From Candidatus Scalindua sp. (GTDB lineage Bacteria > Planctomycetota > Brocadiia > Brocadiales > Scalinduaceae): 26,250 nucleotides of DNA. Each line of letters starts with the position of its first letter. Position 1 is the first letter of the stretch. The notes below the pieces were generated by a model, which saw only the letters and a list, made by a program, of their open reading frames with translations, was not told where the DNA came from and ran no database searches. Location of the stretch: contig JANLHC010000135.1 of NCBI GenBank assembly GCA_024654465.1, positions 1-26,250 of the forward strand, read 5' to 3'. A program made the translations under genes and the position numbers. Below are positions 7,688 through 16,070 of the stretch, piece after piece.

Positions 7688-8908
7688 ATGGATAAAAGAA
7701 TTGTAATTACCGGCCTGGGTGTAATTTCCCCTATAGGAAACCAAAAAGATCTGTTTTGGGATGCATTAATTTCCGGCACATCCGGTGTGTCTGAGGTCAC
7801 ATCATTTGACACCTCTCCTTTTAAAGTACATAAAGGCTGTTTCGTTAAAGATTTCAATTATGACGATTATACAAAAAATGGTTCTAGTCGAGAGATTGGC
7901 AAAGGTTCTCAATTTGCCATAGCAGCGGCAAAACTTGCTATCGAAGACTCTAATATTGGTTTAAATAATATTGATCCCGAAAGAGCTGGTGTTTCAATTG
8001 GAACAACTGCAGGTGAAATACAGATTCTGGAAAAGGTAAACTATATAAGACATGAAAAGGGAGAAGATAGTGTAGATCCTGGCCTGTTTCTTATGCATCC
8101 TTGCGTTAATATGCCGTCTAACATATCTATTGAATTTGGTTTTAAAGGTCCAAGCACAATAATACCTACTGCCTGTGCCGCCGGTAACTATGCTATCGGT
8201 TATGCATGTGATCTGATAAAATTGGGAAGAGCAGACATAATGCTTGCCGGTGGATCAGATCCGTTTTCTAAAGTTGCTTTTGTTGGTTTTAGTCGATTAA
8301 ATGCCATCGCGCCGGACATTTGCCAACCTTTTGATAAAAACAGAAAAGGCCTGTTAGTTGGAGAAGGTGCAGGGATGCTGGTATTAGAATCCCTGGAAGG
8401 TGCACTAGCCAGAAACGCAAATATCTATGCAGAAATCCTGGGTTACGGCCTGAGCTGTGACGGTTATCACATAACAATTCCGCATCCGGAAGGAAATGGC
8501 GTTACTTCGGCAATGGAAAAGGCCTTGATAAATGCCAAAATCAGACCCGAAGATGTTCAGTATATGAGTGCGCATGGTACAGGAACAGTCGCCAATGACA
8601 AAGCTGAAACTATATCAATAAAGAAGGTCTTTGGTAAACATGCAAAGAATCTGGCCATAAGCTCTATAAAATCAATGCTTGGCCACACAATGGGAGCTGC
8701 CAGCGCTATTGAGGCGATAGCGTGTGCTTTGGCTATTAAAGAGGGCGTTGTACCGCCAACGATAAACTACGAAACAAAAGACCCTGAGTGTGATTTGGAT
8801 TTTGTTCCAAATGTTAAACGTGAAATGCGGGTTGATATTGCCATGAATAATGCATATGCTTTTGGCGGTAACAATAGTAGTCTCATACTGAAAAAGTTTA
8901 CAGATTAA
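7688..8908 (+). CDS. fabF: Beta-ketoacyl-ACP synthase II (KAS II / FabF type), catalytically complete
   Basis: Cys163 lies in [12 protein letters not shown]. The two His residues lie in SAHGTGT and [14 protein letters not shown]. The C-terminal [15 protein letters not shown] is also typical. Confidence 0.92.
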   Translation: MDKRIVITGLGVISPIGNQKDLFWDALISGTSGVSEVTSFDTSPFKVHKGCFVKDFNYDDYTKNGSSREIGKGSQFAIAAAKLAIEDSNIGLNNIDPERAGVSIGTTAGEIQILEKVNYIRHEKGEDSVDPGLFLMHPCVNMPSNISIEFGFKGPSTIIPTACAAGNYAIGYACDLIKLGRADIMLAGGSDPFSKVAFVGFSRLNAIAPDICQPFDKNRKGLLVGEGAGMLVLESLEGALARNANIYAEILGYGLSCDGYHITIPHPEGNGVTSAMEKALINAKIRPEDVQYMSAHGTGTVANDKAETISIKKVFGKHAKNLAISSIKSMLGHTMGAASAIEAIACALAIKEGVVPPTINYETKDPECDLDFVPNVKREMRVDIAMNNAYAFGGNNSSLILKKFTD

Positions 8909-9001
8909 AAGTTAAAATAGTGATGCCTTGGTATTCCGACTGAAAATACCGCTAGCATTTCTCAGCTTAAAAAATAATTTCTATAGAGGTAGATAGTATA
9001 T

Positions 9002-10237
9002 ATGAATAATCGCCTGGTTATAACTGGAATAAGTGTCTTATCGTCAATCGGTGTGAACAAGGATGAGTTCTGGATCAATTTGACAAATGGCGCTTCCGGA
9101 ATAAAAGATATCACGCTATTTGATGTCTCTAAATATAACAGCAAAAAAGCGGGTGAGATAACAGATTTTGATGCAAAAGAATACTTAGGGAAAAAAGGTA
9201 TTCGCCACATAGATAGAACATCGTTATTGGTATCCTCTGCGGCAAAACTTGCCATGGAAGATGCTAATATCACTCATGAAACTTATGGTGCCGACGAACT
9301 GGGGATAGTAATCGGGTCAACGTATGGCAGTATTGACAGTATCAGCTCATTCGACTTGGAAGGATTAAAGGAAGGACCAACTTTCGTAAATCCCATGGAA
9401 TTTCCAAATACTGTCCTAAATGCACCGGCAAGCAGGGTATCTATTTTCTGTAATGCGACAGGCTTAAATTCTACAATATCTACAGGTACTGCCAGTGGAT
9501 TGGACGCTATCATTTACGCTTCTGATTTCCTAAGGCTAGGCAGAGGAAAAGCGGTGGTAGCCGGCGGAGTTCATGGTTTAACTCCCGATGTTTTCTGGGG
9601 AGCTTACCGCTCAGGAATATTGTCAGGAAGCCGTAACGGTGATATTGAAATTTCCGCACCATTTGATAAAAGACGTAATGGCTTTATTATTGGCGAAGCT
9701 GCCGCATTACTTGTTATTGAAAGGCTCGAAGACGCATTGGAAAGAAACGCGAAAATCTATGCCGAGATAAAAGGATACGGATGTACGTTTAACCCTGACA
9801 AGGTTTCTCGTGACCACATTGACACCACCCAAGGCGTAAGATGTATCTCTATCGCAATGAAAGATGCCGGGATTAATTCCGAAGATATTTCTTATATCTC
9901 CGCATGCGCAAATTCCAGTATGACCGGCGACATAATGGAAGCTAGAATCATTAAAGACTATTTTGGTGATAACGCTGACAAGGTACCTGTGAGTGCAATA
10001 AAGTCAATGACAGGAGAATGCCTTGATGCATCAGGGTCATTACAGTGTGTTGCCGGTGTATTGGCAATCAATAATGGTATTATCCCTCCGACAATAAACT
10101 ATCAGGAAAAAGATGAAGAGTGTAATCTGGATTGCGTACCTAACAATAGCAGAGAATCAGAGGTAAACAATGTCCTTATCAACTCCTTTTCCGATACAGG
10201 CAACATTTCAGCGGTAATCATATCAAAATATTCATAA
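9002..10237 (+). CDS. KAS-fold paralogue lacking the Cys-His-His triad (KS-beta / chain-length-factor-like)
   Basis: It aligns along its full length to the upstream FabF. The equivalent positions read STGT163ASGLDA (Cys->Thr, codon 9488-9490), SAC302ANSSMTGD (His->Cys) and KSMTGE339CLDASG (His->Glu). Confidence 0.85.
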   Translation: MNNRLVITGISVLSSIGVNKDEFWINLTNGASGIKDITLFDVSKYNSKKAGEITDFDAKEYLGKKGIRHIDRTSLLVSSAAKLAMEDANITHETYGADELGIVIGSTYGSIDSISSFDLEGLKEGPTFVNPMEFPNTVLNAPASRVSIFCNATGLNSTISTGTASGLDAIIYASDFLRLGRGKAVVAGGVHGLTPDVFWGAYRSGILSGSRNGDIEISAPFDKRRNGFIIGEAAALLVIERLEDALERNAKIYAEIKGYGCTFNPDKVSRDHIDTTQGVRCISIAMKDAGINSEDISYISACANSSMTGDIMEARIIKDYFGDNADKVPVSAIKSMTGECLDASGSLQCVAGVLAINNGIIPPTINYQEKDEECNLDCVPNNSRESEVNNVLINSFSDTGNISAVIISKYS

Positions 10238-10256
10238 CTTCAAAGCGACAGTCTTC

Positions 10257-11690
10257 ATGAGTAATTTCTCTCTGAACAAATCTGAACTAAAATCCAAGTA
10301 TGATGTAATTGTACTGGGAGCCGGAATTGCCGGTCTAATCTGCGGGACTTTTCTGGCAAAACATGGAAAGAAAGTACTGATTATTGAACAACATAGTATT
10401 CCCGGAGGTTATTGTACCTCTTTCAAGAGAAAAGGCTTTATTTTTGATGCCGCAGTTCATCATATTGGTGGGTGTGGAAAATGGAGTGTTGTTGGCAGGT
10501 GCCTTAAAGAACTTGACATAAATATTAATTTCCTGCAACTTGACCCCATGGATAGCATACATTTCCCTTCATTTTCCATTGATGTACCTGCCGAGATCGA
10601 CGATTATGTGGATCTGTTAATGAAACGTTTTCCCTCAGAAAGGGAACAACTATCACTTTTTTTTAAGGAGTTTATCAGACTATATCGGGCTACATTCAGC
10701 ACTGAAAGACATGAGATGCTCATCAAATACCAGAACCTTACCTACAAGGAAATGTTGGATAAATTTTTTACAGATGAGCAGCTTAAAATGACACTTTCTG
10801 CACAGTGGGGATACATAGGTTCACCTCCTCACGAAGTTTCGGCTATTGGCATGTGTCAAATGCTGATAAATTATCTGAAAGATGGGGCTTATTTCCCAGT
10901 CGGCGGTACCCAGAATTTCTCAGATACAATCACTCAAAAATTTATTGACTATGGCGGACACATTATGCTATCTTCTAGCGCAGAGAAGGTACTAACAGAG
11001 GATAGTATTATAAAAGGAGTTACAACACAAAAAGGAGAGAAGATCACTGCTGATACTTTTGTTTCAAACATTGATCCCAAACAAACTTTTTTCTGTTTAA
11101 TAGATAAAAATACCGTTGATGACTCATTTCTTAGCAAGATTGAGAATATGAAGGAGAGTGTTTCATTCTTTTTACTATACCTTGGTCTTGATGACAAAAT
11201 AGACTTAAAAGGCCTGAAAAGAGGTTTTTACCATACATCAAAGAACTTAAATTTTTCCGGCAGTGACTGGTTTTATATTTCCGTTCCTACGGAAGTTGAT
11301 TCAAGCCTGGCACCTGATAACAAACAAATAATTTCTGTTGTTGCCTCGTCAAGAGACGATTACGACAACATAGACGATTGGGCCGCGTATAAAAATAAAA
11401 TGAAAGAACATACAATAAATTATCTGAAAAATTATGTACCAGACATTCAGAACCATATTGAAGTAATTGACGCCGCCACACCGAAGACGCTACATCGCTA
11501 CACACTTAACTCAAAAGGCGCGGCTTATGGTTGGGCTGTTACTGTAGACCAGACAGGATCAAATAGACTTCCGCACACAACACCTTTCAAAAATCTTTTT
11601 CTGGCCGGGCACTGGACTAATCCTGGGCCGGGGATATGTGCGGTTGTATCCTCTGGTTGGAGAGTCGCTAATATGATTTTAAATAATTAG
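10257..11690 (+). CDS. FAD-dependent oxidoreductase of the phytoene desaturase (CrtI/CrtD) family
   Basis: N-terminal dinucleotide fold YDVIVLGAGIAGLICGTFLAKHGKKVLIIEQHSIPGGYC. C-terminal LFLAGHWTNPGPGI. The 477-aa length fits the family. Confidence 0.85.
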   Translation: MSNFSLNKSELKSKYDVIVLGAGIAGLICGTFLAKHGKKVLIIEQHSIPGGYCTSFKRKGFIFDAAVHHIGGCGKWSVVGRCLKELDININFLQLDPMDSIHFPSFSIDVPAEIDDYVDLLMKRFPSEREQLSLFFKEFIRLYRATFSTERHEMLIKYQNLTYKEMLDKFFTDEQLKMTLSAQWGYIGSPPHEVSAIGMCQMLINYLKDGAYFPVGGTQNFSDTITQKFIDYGGHIMLSSSAEKVLTEDSIIKGVTTQKGEKITADTFVSNIDPKQTFFCLIDKNTVDDSFLSKIENMKESVSFFLLYLGLDDKIDLKGLKRGFYHTSKNLNFSGSDWFYISVPTEVDSSLAPDNKQIISVVASSRDDYDNIDDWAAYKNKMKEHTINYLKNYVPDIQNHIEVIDAATPKTLHRYTLNSKGAAYGWAVTVDQTGSNRLPHTTPFKNLFLAGHWTNPGPGICAVVSSGWRVANMILNN

Positions 11691-11702
11691 GAGGATTAAG
11701 AA

Positions 11703-13166
11703 ATGAAGAAAATGATGCTTATCAATCCACATCCCCCTGGGCGACATGGCGAGGAGAGCATATCTGTCATAGTTCAAATGCCGTTAAATCTGGCATACAT
11801 CGCGGCCCTTACACCGGGTGACTGGGAGTTCGACGTAATCGATGAAAATTTGGAACTAGCCCTTGATGATAACGGAGAAATTACATTTGAGCCTGTGGAT
11901 TTAGTTTGTATCACTTCTGTTACCTATCAAGTGCCAAGAGCTTACCAAATAGCCGAGATCTGCAGAAAAAAAGGTATGACCGTGATCATGGGTGGTATAC
12001 ACGCTTCGGTAGTGCCAGAGGAAGCCTCAAAATATGTGGATGCTATTTTTATCGGAGAGGCAGAGACTCTCTGGCCACAAGTCATTAAAGATTTTGAAAA
12101 TGGCGAACTCAAAAAAGAGTACAATGGCGGCCTGCCGGGCCTGTCAGAGATGAAGCATGTATTTCCAGATAGGGAACTTCTGAAGAAGAAGTATGATTAC
12201 AAGTTTTCATCTATTGTTACAACAAAAGGTTGTCCGAATTACTGCGATTTCTGCAGCGTACCAACCTTTCAGGGAAAAAAATACCGGGAAAGACCGTATG
12301 AAGACGTCCTGGACGAAATGGAAGCTACGGACTACAAGGGGCTCATGTTTGCCGAAGATAATTTTTATGGCCATAGCAAGAACTCTGCTAACAGGGCAAA
12401 GGCTCTCTTTCGTGGCATGATAGATAGGGGCATTAAAAAGGACTGGCTTGGGTTTACTGCACTCAACATATCAAAGGACGCAGAGGTACTTGATCTTATG
12501 GCAAAGAGTGGAAATTTTGGATTTCTCTGCGGCATAGAATCAACAAATGAAGCAGTTCTGGAGAAGATGAACAAAACGACTAATTTAAGAATTGGTGCCG
12601 ATAATTATTATGACAGCGTTCAAAAAATCCACGATCACGGCCTTGTTGTCTGGGGCTCTATAGTGTTGGGAGCAGATGGTGATGACAAAGATTCATTCAA
12701 AAGAATGACAGAATTTGTGCTGGAAAACAATATTGACGTTCTTACATTTGGCATTAATTGTCCGTTTCCTAAGACAGCGCTTTATGATAGGCTTGATTCT
12801 GAAAAGAGGATTTTTAGAAAGAATTACCCTGAAGACTGGAAATATTATGATACTGCACATGTGGTTCACAGACTTGTGGATATGAACCTTGAGGAGTTCA
12901 TAGACGGCATGCAATATATGTATGATCATCTGTATGCTGGAGACAACCTGAGAATGCGATTCAGGAAATCACTTCAAACTATTGGCAGTACGACTCATGG
13001 TAAACGTAACGCCATGTTTGGATTCAGGGTTGGCTCTGACTGGATACAGGTATTTGAGCAGGTACTGGAAAATCTTCGTCTACTATACGATTCAGGGGAT
13101 TATTACAAAGACTGGTACAAGAGCAGTGCCGTTACTGTTCCTTCCGATAAGGGAGTAACTGTTTAA
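11703..13166 (+). CDS. Cobalamin-binding-domain (class B) radical SAM enzyme
   Basis: Radical SAM motif C177PNYC181DFC184 (12231-12254). It is preceded by an N-terminal Rossmann-like B12-binding-type domain (DLVCITSVT...VIMGGIHAS). AGGAGG lies upstream, 12 nt after the desaturase stop. Confidence 0.85.
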   Translation: MKKMMLINPHPPGRHGEESISVIVQMPLNLAYIAALTPGDWEFDVIDENLELALDDNGEITFEPVDLVCITSVTYQVPRAYQIAEICRKKGMTVIMGGIHASVVPEEASKYVDAIFIGEAETLWPQVIKDFENGELKKEYNGGLPGLSEMKHVFPDRELLKKKYDYKFSSIVTTKGCPNYCDFCSVPTFQGKKYRERPYEDVLDEMEATDYKGLMFAEDNFYGHSKNSANRAKALFRGMIDRGIKKDWLGFTALNISKDAEVLDLMAKSGNFGFLCGIESTNEAVLEKMNKTTNLRIGADNYYDSVQKIHDHGLVVWGSIVLGADGDDKDSFKRMTEFVLENNIDVLTFGINCPFPKTALYDRLDSEKRIFRKNYPEDWKYYDTAHVVHRLVDMNLEEFIDGMQYMYDHLYAGDNLRMRFRKSLQTIGSTTHGKRNAMFGFRVGSDWIQVFEQVLENLRLLYDSGDYYKDWYKSSAVTVPSDKGVTV

Positions 13167-13184
13167 TTCATTTAATTAAAGTTC

Positions 13185-13240
13185 AAAGGCGCAGAAAAAT
13201 ATATCAGGCAAGAACATAATATTTTTCTGTGCCTTTTTGT
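13185..13240 (+). terminator. Rho-independent terminator closing the ACP-to-radical-SAM operon
   Basis: An 18-nt stem with one mismatch (aaaggcGcagaaaaatat / atatttttctgTgccttt) is followed by a T-run (ccttttt). Confidence 0.75.
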
Positions 13241-13466
13241 AGGCTTCAAGAATAAACTCCTTGCTTACATATGGCATGTGTAGCTCAGTATCTAACTCCT
13301 TTGACTCCATCTCCTTTCTTTTATTTTTATTAACCATTGTTCGCTAGAAATCTCCACACATCCCATAATTTTACTTATTTTTTAAAAATTCTACCATTTG
13401 TATACATCGCCACTTTGCCGTTATCGCGATCTTTATTGACAGTGTATTGACAAATAATATTTTTAA

Positions 13467-13494
13467 GGTAAAATTTACTTAGTACTTAAAGTTA
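13467..13494 (+). promoter_or_regulatory. Candidate promoter for the 13557 gene
   Basis: Tandem TATTGACA boxes. The second TTGACA (13467-13472) is followed by a 16-nt spacer and TAAAAT (13489-13494). Confidence 0.25.
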
Positions 13495-13556
13495 TTAGAA
13501 TAGTATTATATATAGGTTGGTACTATAGAAGTATTTAGAAAAAGGAAGGTGGATCA

Positions 13557-14048
13557 ATGTTAAATATTTATAGAAAACTTATCATTTCTATGGTTGCTTT
13601 GTTTGTGTTTGTTGTATTAAGCTTTGCAAATAGCACAATTAATAAGGTACAAGCAGTAGATTATATTAAAAAACCATCAGAAACCCATCATCAGTCATTT
13701 GAACCATATGAAAATCCAATCGTTATTCCTGATCCAAAACCCAGAGGCACTGTAGTAAGAGTTAAAGAGATAACGACATATGATGTCGTTGTTGATGAAG
13801 CAAAGATAGCAGCAAATAACGTTACCATGGCTGATCTCGAACTTATAGAGGTGAAGGACAAGAAGGATATCAATTTCCACCAGGTAGACTGTTATTTCTA
13901 TGCAAAGGTAAAACAGACTCAGACAAAATCAACAAACTATGGAGCAAGCACACGATGGAGAGAAGGAGAGCAATTCTGGCTATCAGACGGTGGGAAATAT
14001 GTTGAGTGGGAGCCATGGTCAGAATGGTATTCAGGTAATAAGTGGTAA
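13557..14048 (+). CDS. Secreted hypothetical protein with a Trp-rich C-terminus
   Basis: RBS GGAAGGTGG. Signal-peptide-like N-terminus (LIISMVALFVFVVLSFANS). C-terminus WREGEQFWLSDGGKYVEWEPWSEWYSGNKW. No family recognised. Confidence 0.6.
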   Translation: MLNIYRKLIISMVALFVFVVLSFANSTINKVQAVDYIKKPSETHHQSFEPYENPIVIPDPKPRGTVVRVKEITTYDVVVDEAKIAANNVTMADLELIEVKDKKDINFHQVDCYFYAKVKQTQTKSTNYGASTRWREGEQFWLSDGGKYVEWEPWSEWYSGNKW

Positions 14049-14317
14049 TGTGTATCGTTGGGAGATTTATGTTCTGATAATACCAAATAGGAGAATCCAA
14101 TTTGCGGTTTCAGAAGGAGTATGTTGGGCTACCACCTGTCCTAAGCAAAATATCAGGGCAGATACAATCATTAAAGTAGAAGCACACATTCAAAAAACCG
14201 TTAAGTGGCACATATAGACCGATCTCTGAATGCTACACTCTTTCATTTTCTGAATAGATGTTAAAGCGATTAGACGTCCTGATGATTTTCAACTTCTTTT
14301 CGTTTTGTTTTAAACAA

Positions 14318-14950
14318 TTAGAAAGATTCGTCTTTTTTTGCAAGCAGACTGATCTTTATGTCTGTATACATTAGAGACATCACCCTATTCATCCCCCTAT
14401 GTGACATCAAGTTAAACTCTTCGAGTTTAACTTCCAAATCTCCATTTAGCCACACCATCTTCTTATGTATTTCGTCTTCTTCTGTTAAATCCGGTTCGCC
14501 ATTTCCCTCTATAAAAATTGTCTCGGTCTTCTTTATATCATCTTCAGCAAATTGTAAAGTATAGTCCTTCCAACTATTGAGAACGACAATTTTATAAAGT
14601 TTATCTTCATAAAAAAAGAATGTGAAGCGGCCGCCGGAAACGTTTCTGGAAAGCGTGGTAACCTTATTGTTTACCATCGGATCATATTCAAATTTGTCTG
14701 GAGCAGGAAATTGTTTCTGTACCTCACTTACGCTTACTCCAAACTCAAGCGGTTGTACCATTGTTTTTGTATCGGGGGTGTATTCGTCCTCAGGTGCGTT
14801 ACCTAGCATTGCTCTAAGAGCCTGAGCCTCTTTATAGAGTTCTTCATCTGCGATTACCTTTTTATCCGTAGCAACCTTCTCAGTTGTAGTACAGTTTTGT
14901 ATAATTACCAATGTAGAAATTAACAACAATACCAGCCGGATATTTTTCAT
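14318..14950 (-). CDS. Hypothetical exported protein, possible lipoprotein
   Basis: N-terminus MKNIRLVLLLISTLVIIQNC, with a hydrophobic signal followed by Cys; the lipobox is non-canonical. No family recognised. Confidence 0.55.
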   Translation of the reverse strand: MKNIRLVLLLISTLVIIQNCTTTEKVATDKKVIADEELYKEAQALRAMLGNAPEDEYTPDTKTMVQPLEFGVSVSEVQKQFPAPDKFEYDPMVNNKVTTLSRNVSGGRFTFFFYEDKLYKIVVLNSWKDYTLQFAEDDIKKTETIFIEGNGEPDLTEEDEIHKKMVWLNGDLEVKLEEFNLMSHRGMNRVMSLMYTDIKISLLAKKDESF

Positions 14951-15009
14951 ACTGATTTTTCCATGTCATGGATGGGGAATTGTAAAATGGATTCTGAAGT
15001 TCTATGATA

Positions 15010-16002
15010 TCAAGGCACTTCTATATTATCAAAGATGTTTTGTATGACTTTTTCTGCGGTCATTTCTTCTGCTTCTGCTTCATAGGTTATGATAACTCTA
15101 TGTCGCAGCACATCCATTCCTATAGACTTTACATCTTGTGGAGTGACATAACCCCTGCCTTTGAGAAAAGCATATGCCTTTGACGCAATCGCCAGGTAAA
15201 TTGTTGCCCTGGGCGAAGCACCATATTCAATGAATTCACCTAAATTAAGGCCGTATTTCTGAGGATCTCTGGTGGCAATTACCAAGTCCACTATGTAGTC
15301 CTTTATCTTATCATCAATGTAAATCTGGTCGACTACCGCACGTAGGCGCTTAATGTCATCTGGTTTTAATACAGAATCCACTTTTATGTTGGTATCTGTC
15401 AATGCCATTCTGTCTAAAATCTCACGTTCTTCGCTTTTACTGGGATAATCAACATTAAGCTTTAACATGAATCTGTCAACCTGTGCTTCAGGCAAAGGAT
15501 AAGTACCTTCCTGCTCAATTGGGTTTTGTGTAGCAAGTACCAGGAAAGGATCTTCGAGTTTAAATGTCTCACTGCCTATCGTTACCTGCTTCTCCTGCAT
15601 AGCCTCTAAAAGCGCGCTCTGAACCTTTGCAGGTGCCCTGTTAATTTCATCAGCAAGTATAATATTTGAGAATATCGGTCCTTTTTTTGTAGTAAACTCA
15701 CCAGAACGAGGATTGTAGATAAGGGTACCTATCAGGTCTGCCGGCAGGAGATCAGGTGTAAATTGAAGCCTTTGGTACTTCACCTGAATTGCTTTTGCCA
15801 GTGTCATAACAGATAGGGTCTTTGCTAATCCGGGAACACCTTCCAGGAGGATATGGCCATTCGCCAGAATACCAATCAGCAATCTTTCTATAAGATGTTT
15901 TTGTCCTACAATTACTTTCCCCATCTCATTGCTTAGGTTAGAAAGAACACCGCTCTCTTCTTTAATAATATCCGTTATATTTTTAATGTCTTTTGATTCC
16001 AT
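15010..16002 (-). CDS. MoxR-family AAA+ ATPase (AAA_3)
   Basis: GHILLEGVPGLAKT (Walker A), ILADEINRAPAKVQSALLEAMQEKQVT (Walker B/sensor) and ATQNPIEQEGTYPLPEAQVDRF. Confidence 0.92.
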   Translation of the reverse strand: MESKDIKNITDIIKEESGVLSNLSNEMGKVIVGQKHLIERLLIGILANGHILLEGVPGLAKTLSVMTLAKAIQVKYQRLQFTPDLLPADLIGTLIYNPRSGEFTTKKGPIFSNIILADEINRAPAKVQSALLEAMQEKQVTIGSETFKLEDPFLVLATQNPIEQEGTYPLPEAQVDRFMLKLNVDYPSKSEEREILDRMALTDTNIKVDSVLKPDDIKRLRAVVDQIYIDDKIKDYIVDLVIATRDPQKYGLNLGEFIEYGASPRATIYLAIASKAYAFLKGRGYVTPQDVKSIGMDVLRHRVIITYEAEAEEMTAEKVIQNIFDNIEVP

Positions 16003-16070
16003 ATTAGTCTACACTTGTTTGATGGTTATCGGAAGTAAAAGTCAAAGTTAGATAGTCTTATGAACTTTTG

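Noticed and set aside
13275-13300. tRNA-like 'gtagctcagt' string
   Set aside because: Only the D-loop-like decamer is present. No acceptor stem, anticodon arm or T-arm (GTTCRANYC) can be built around it.
13176-13310. 44-aa minus-strand ORF (MESKELDTELHMPY...) downstream of the radical SAM gene
   Set aside because: The AGGAG abuts the ATG with no spacer. The ORF runs through the terminator hairpin of the opposite strand and has no recognisable features.
13939-14217. 92-aa ORF overlapping the end of the 13557-14048 gene
   Set aside because: It overlaps a better-supported ORF that has a signal peptide and an RBS. It has no RBS and no family resemblance.
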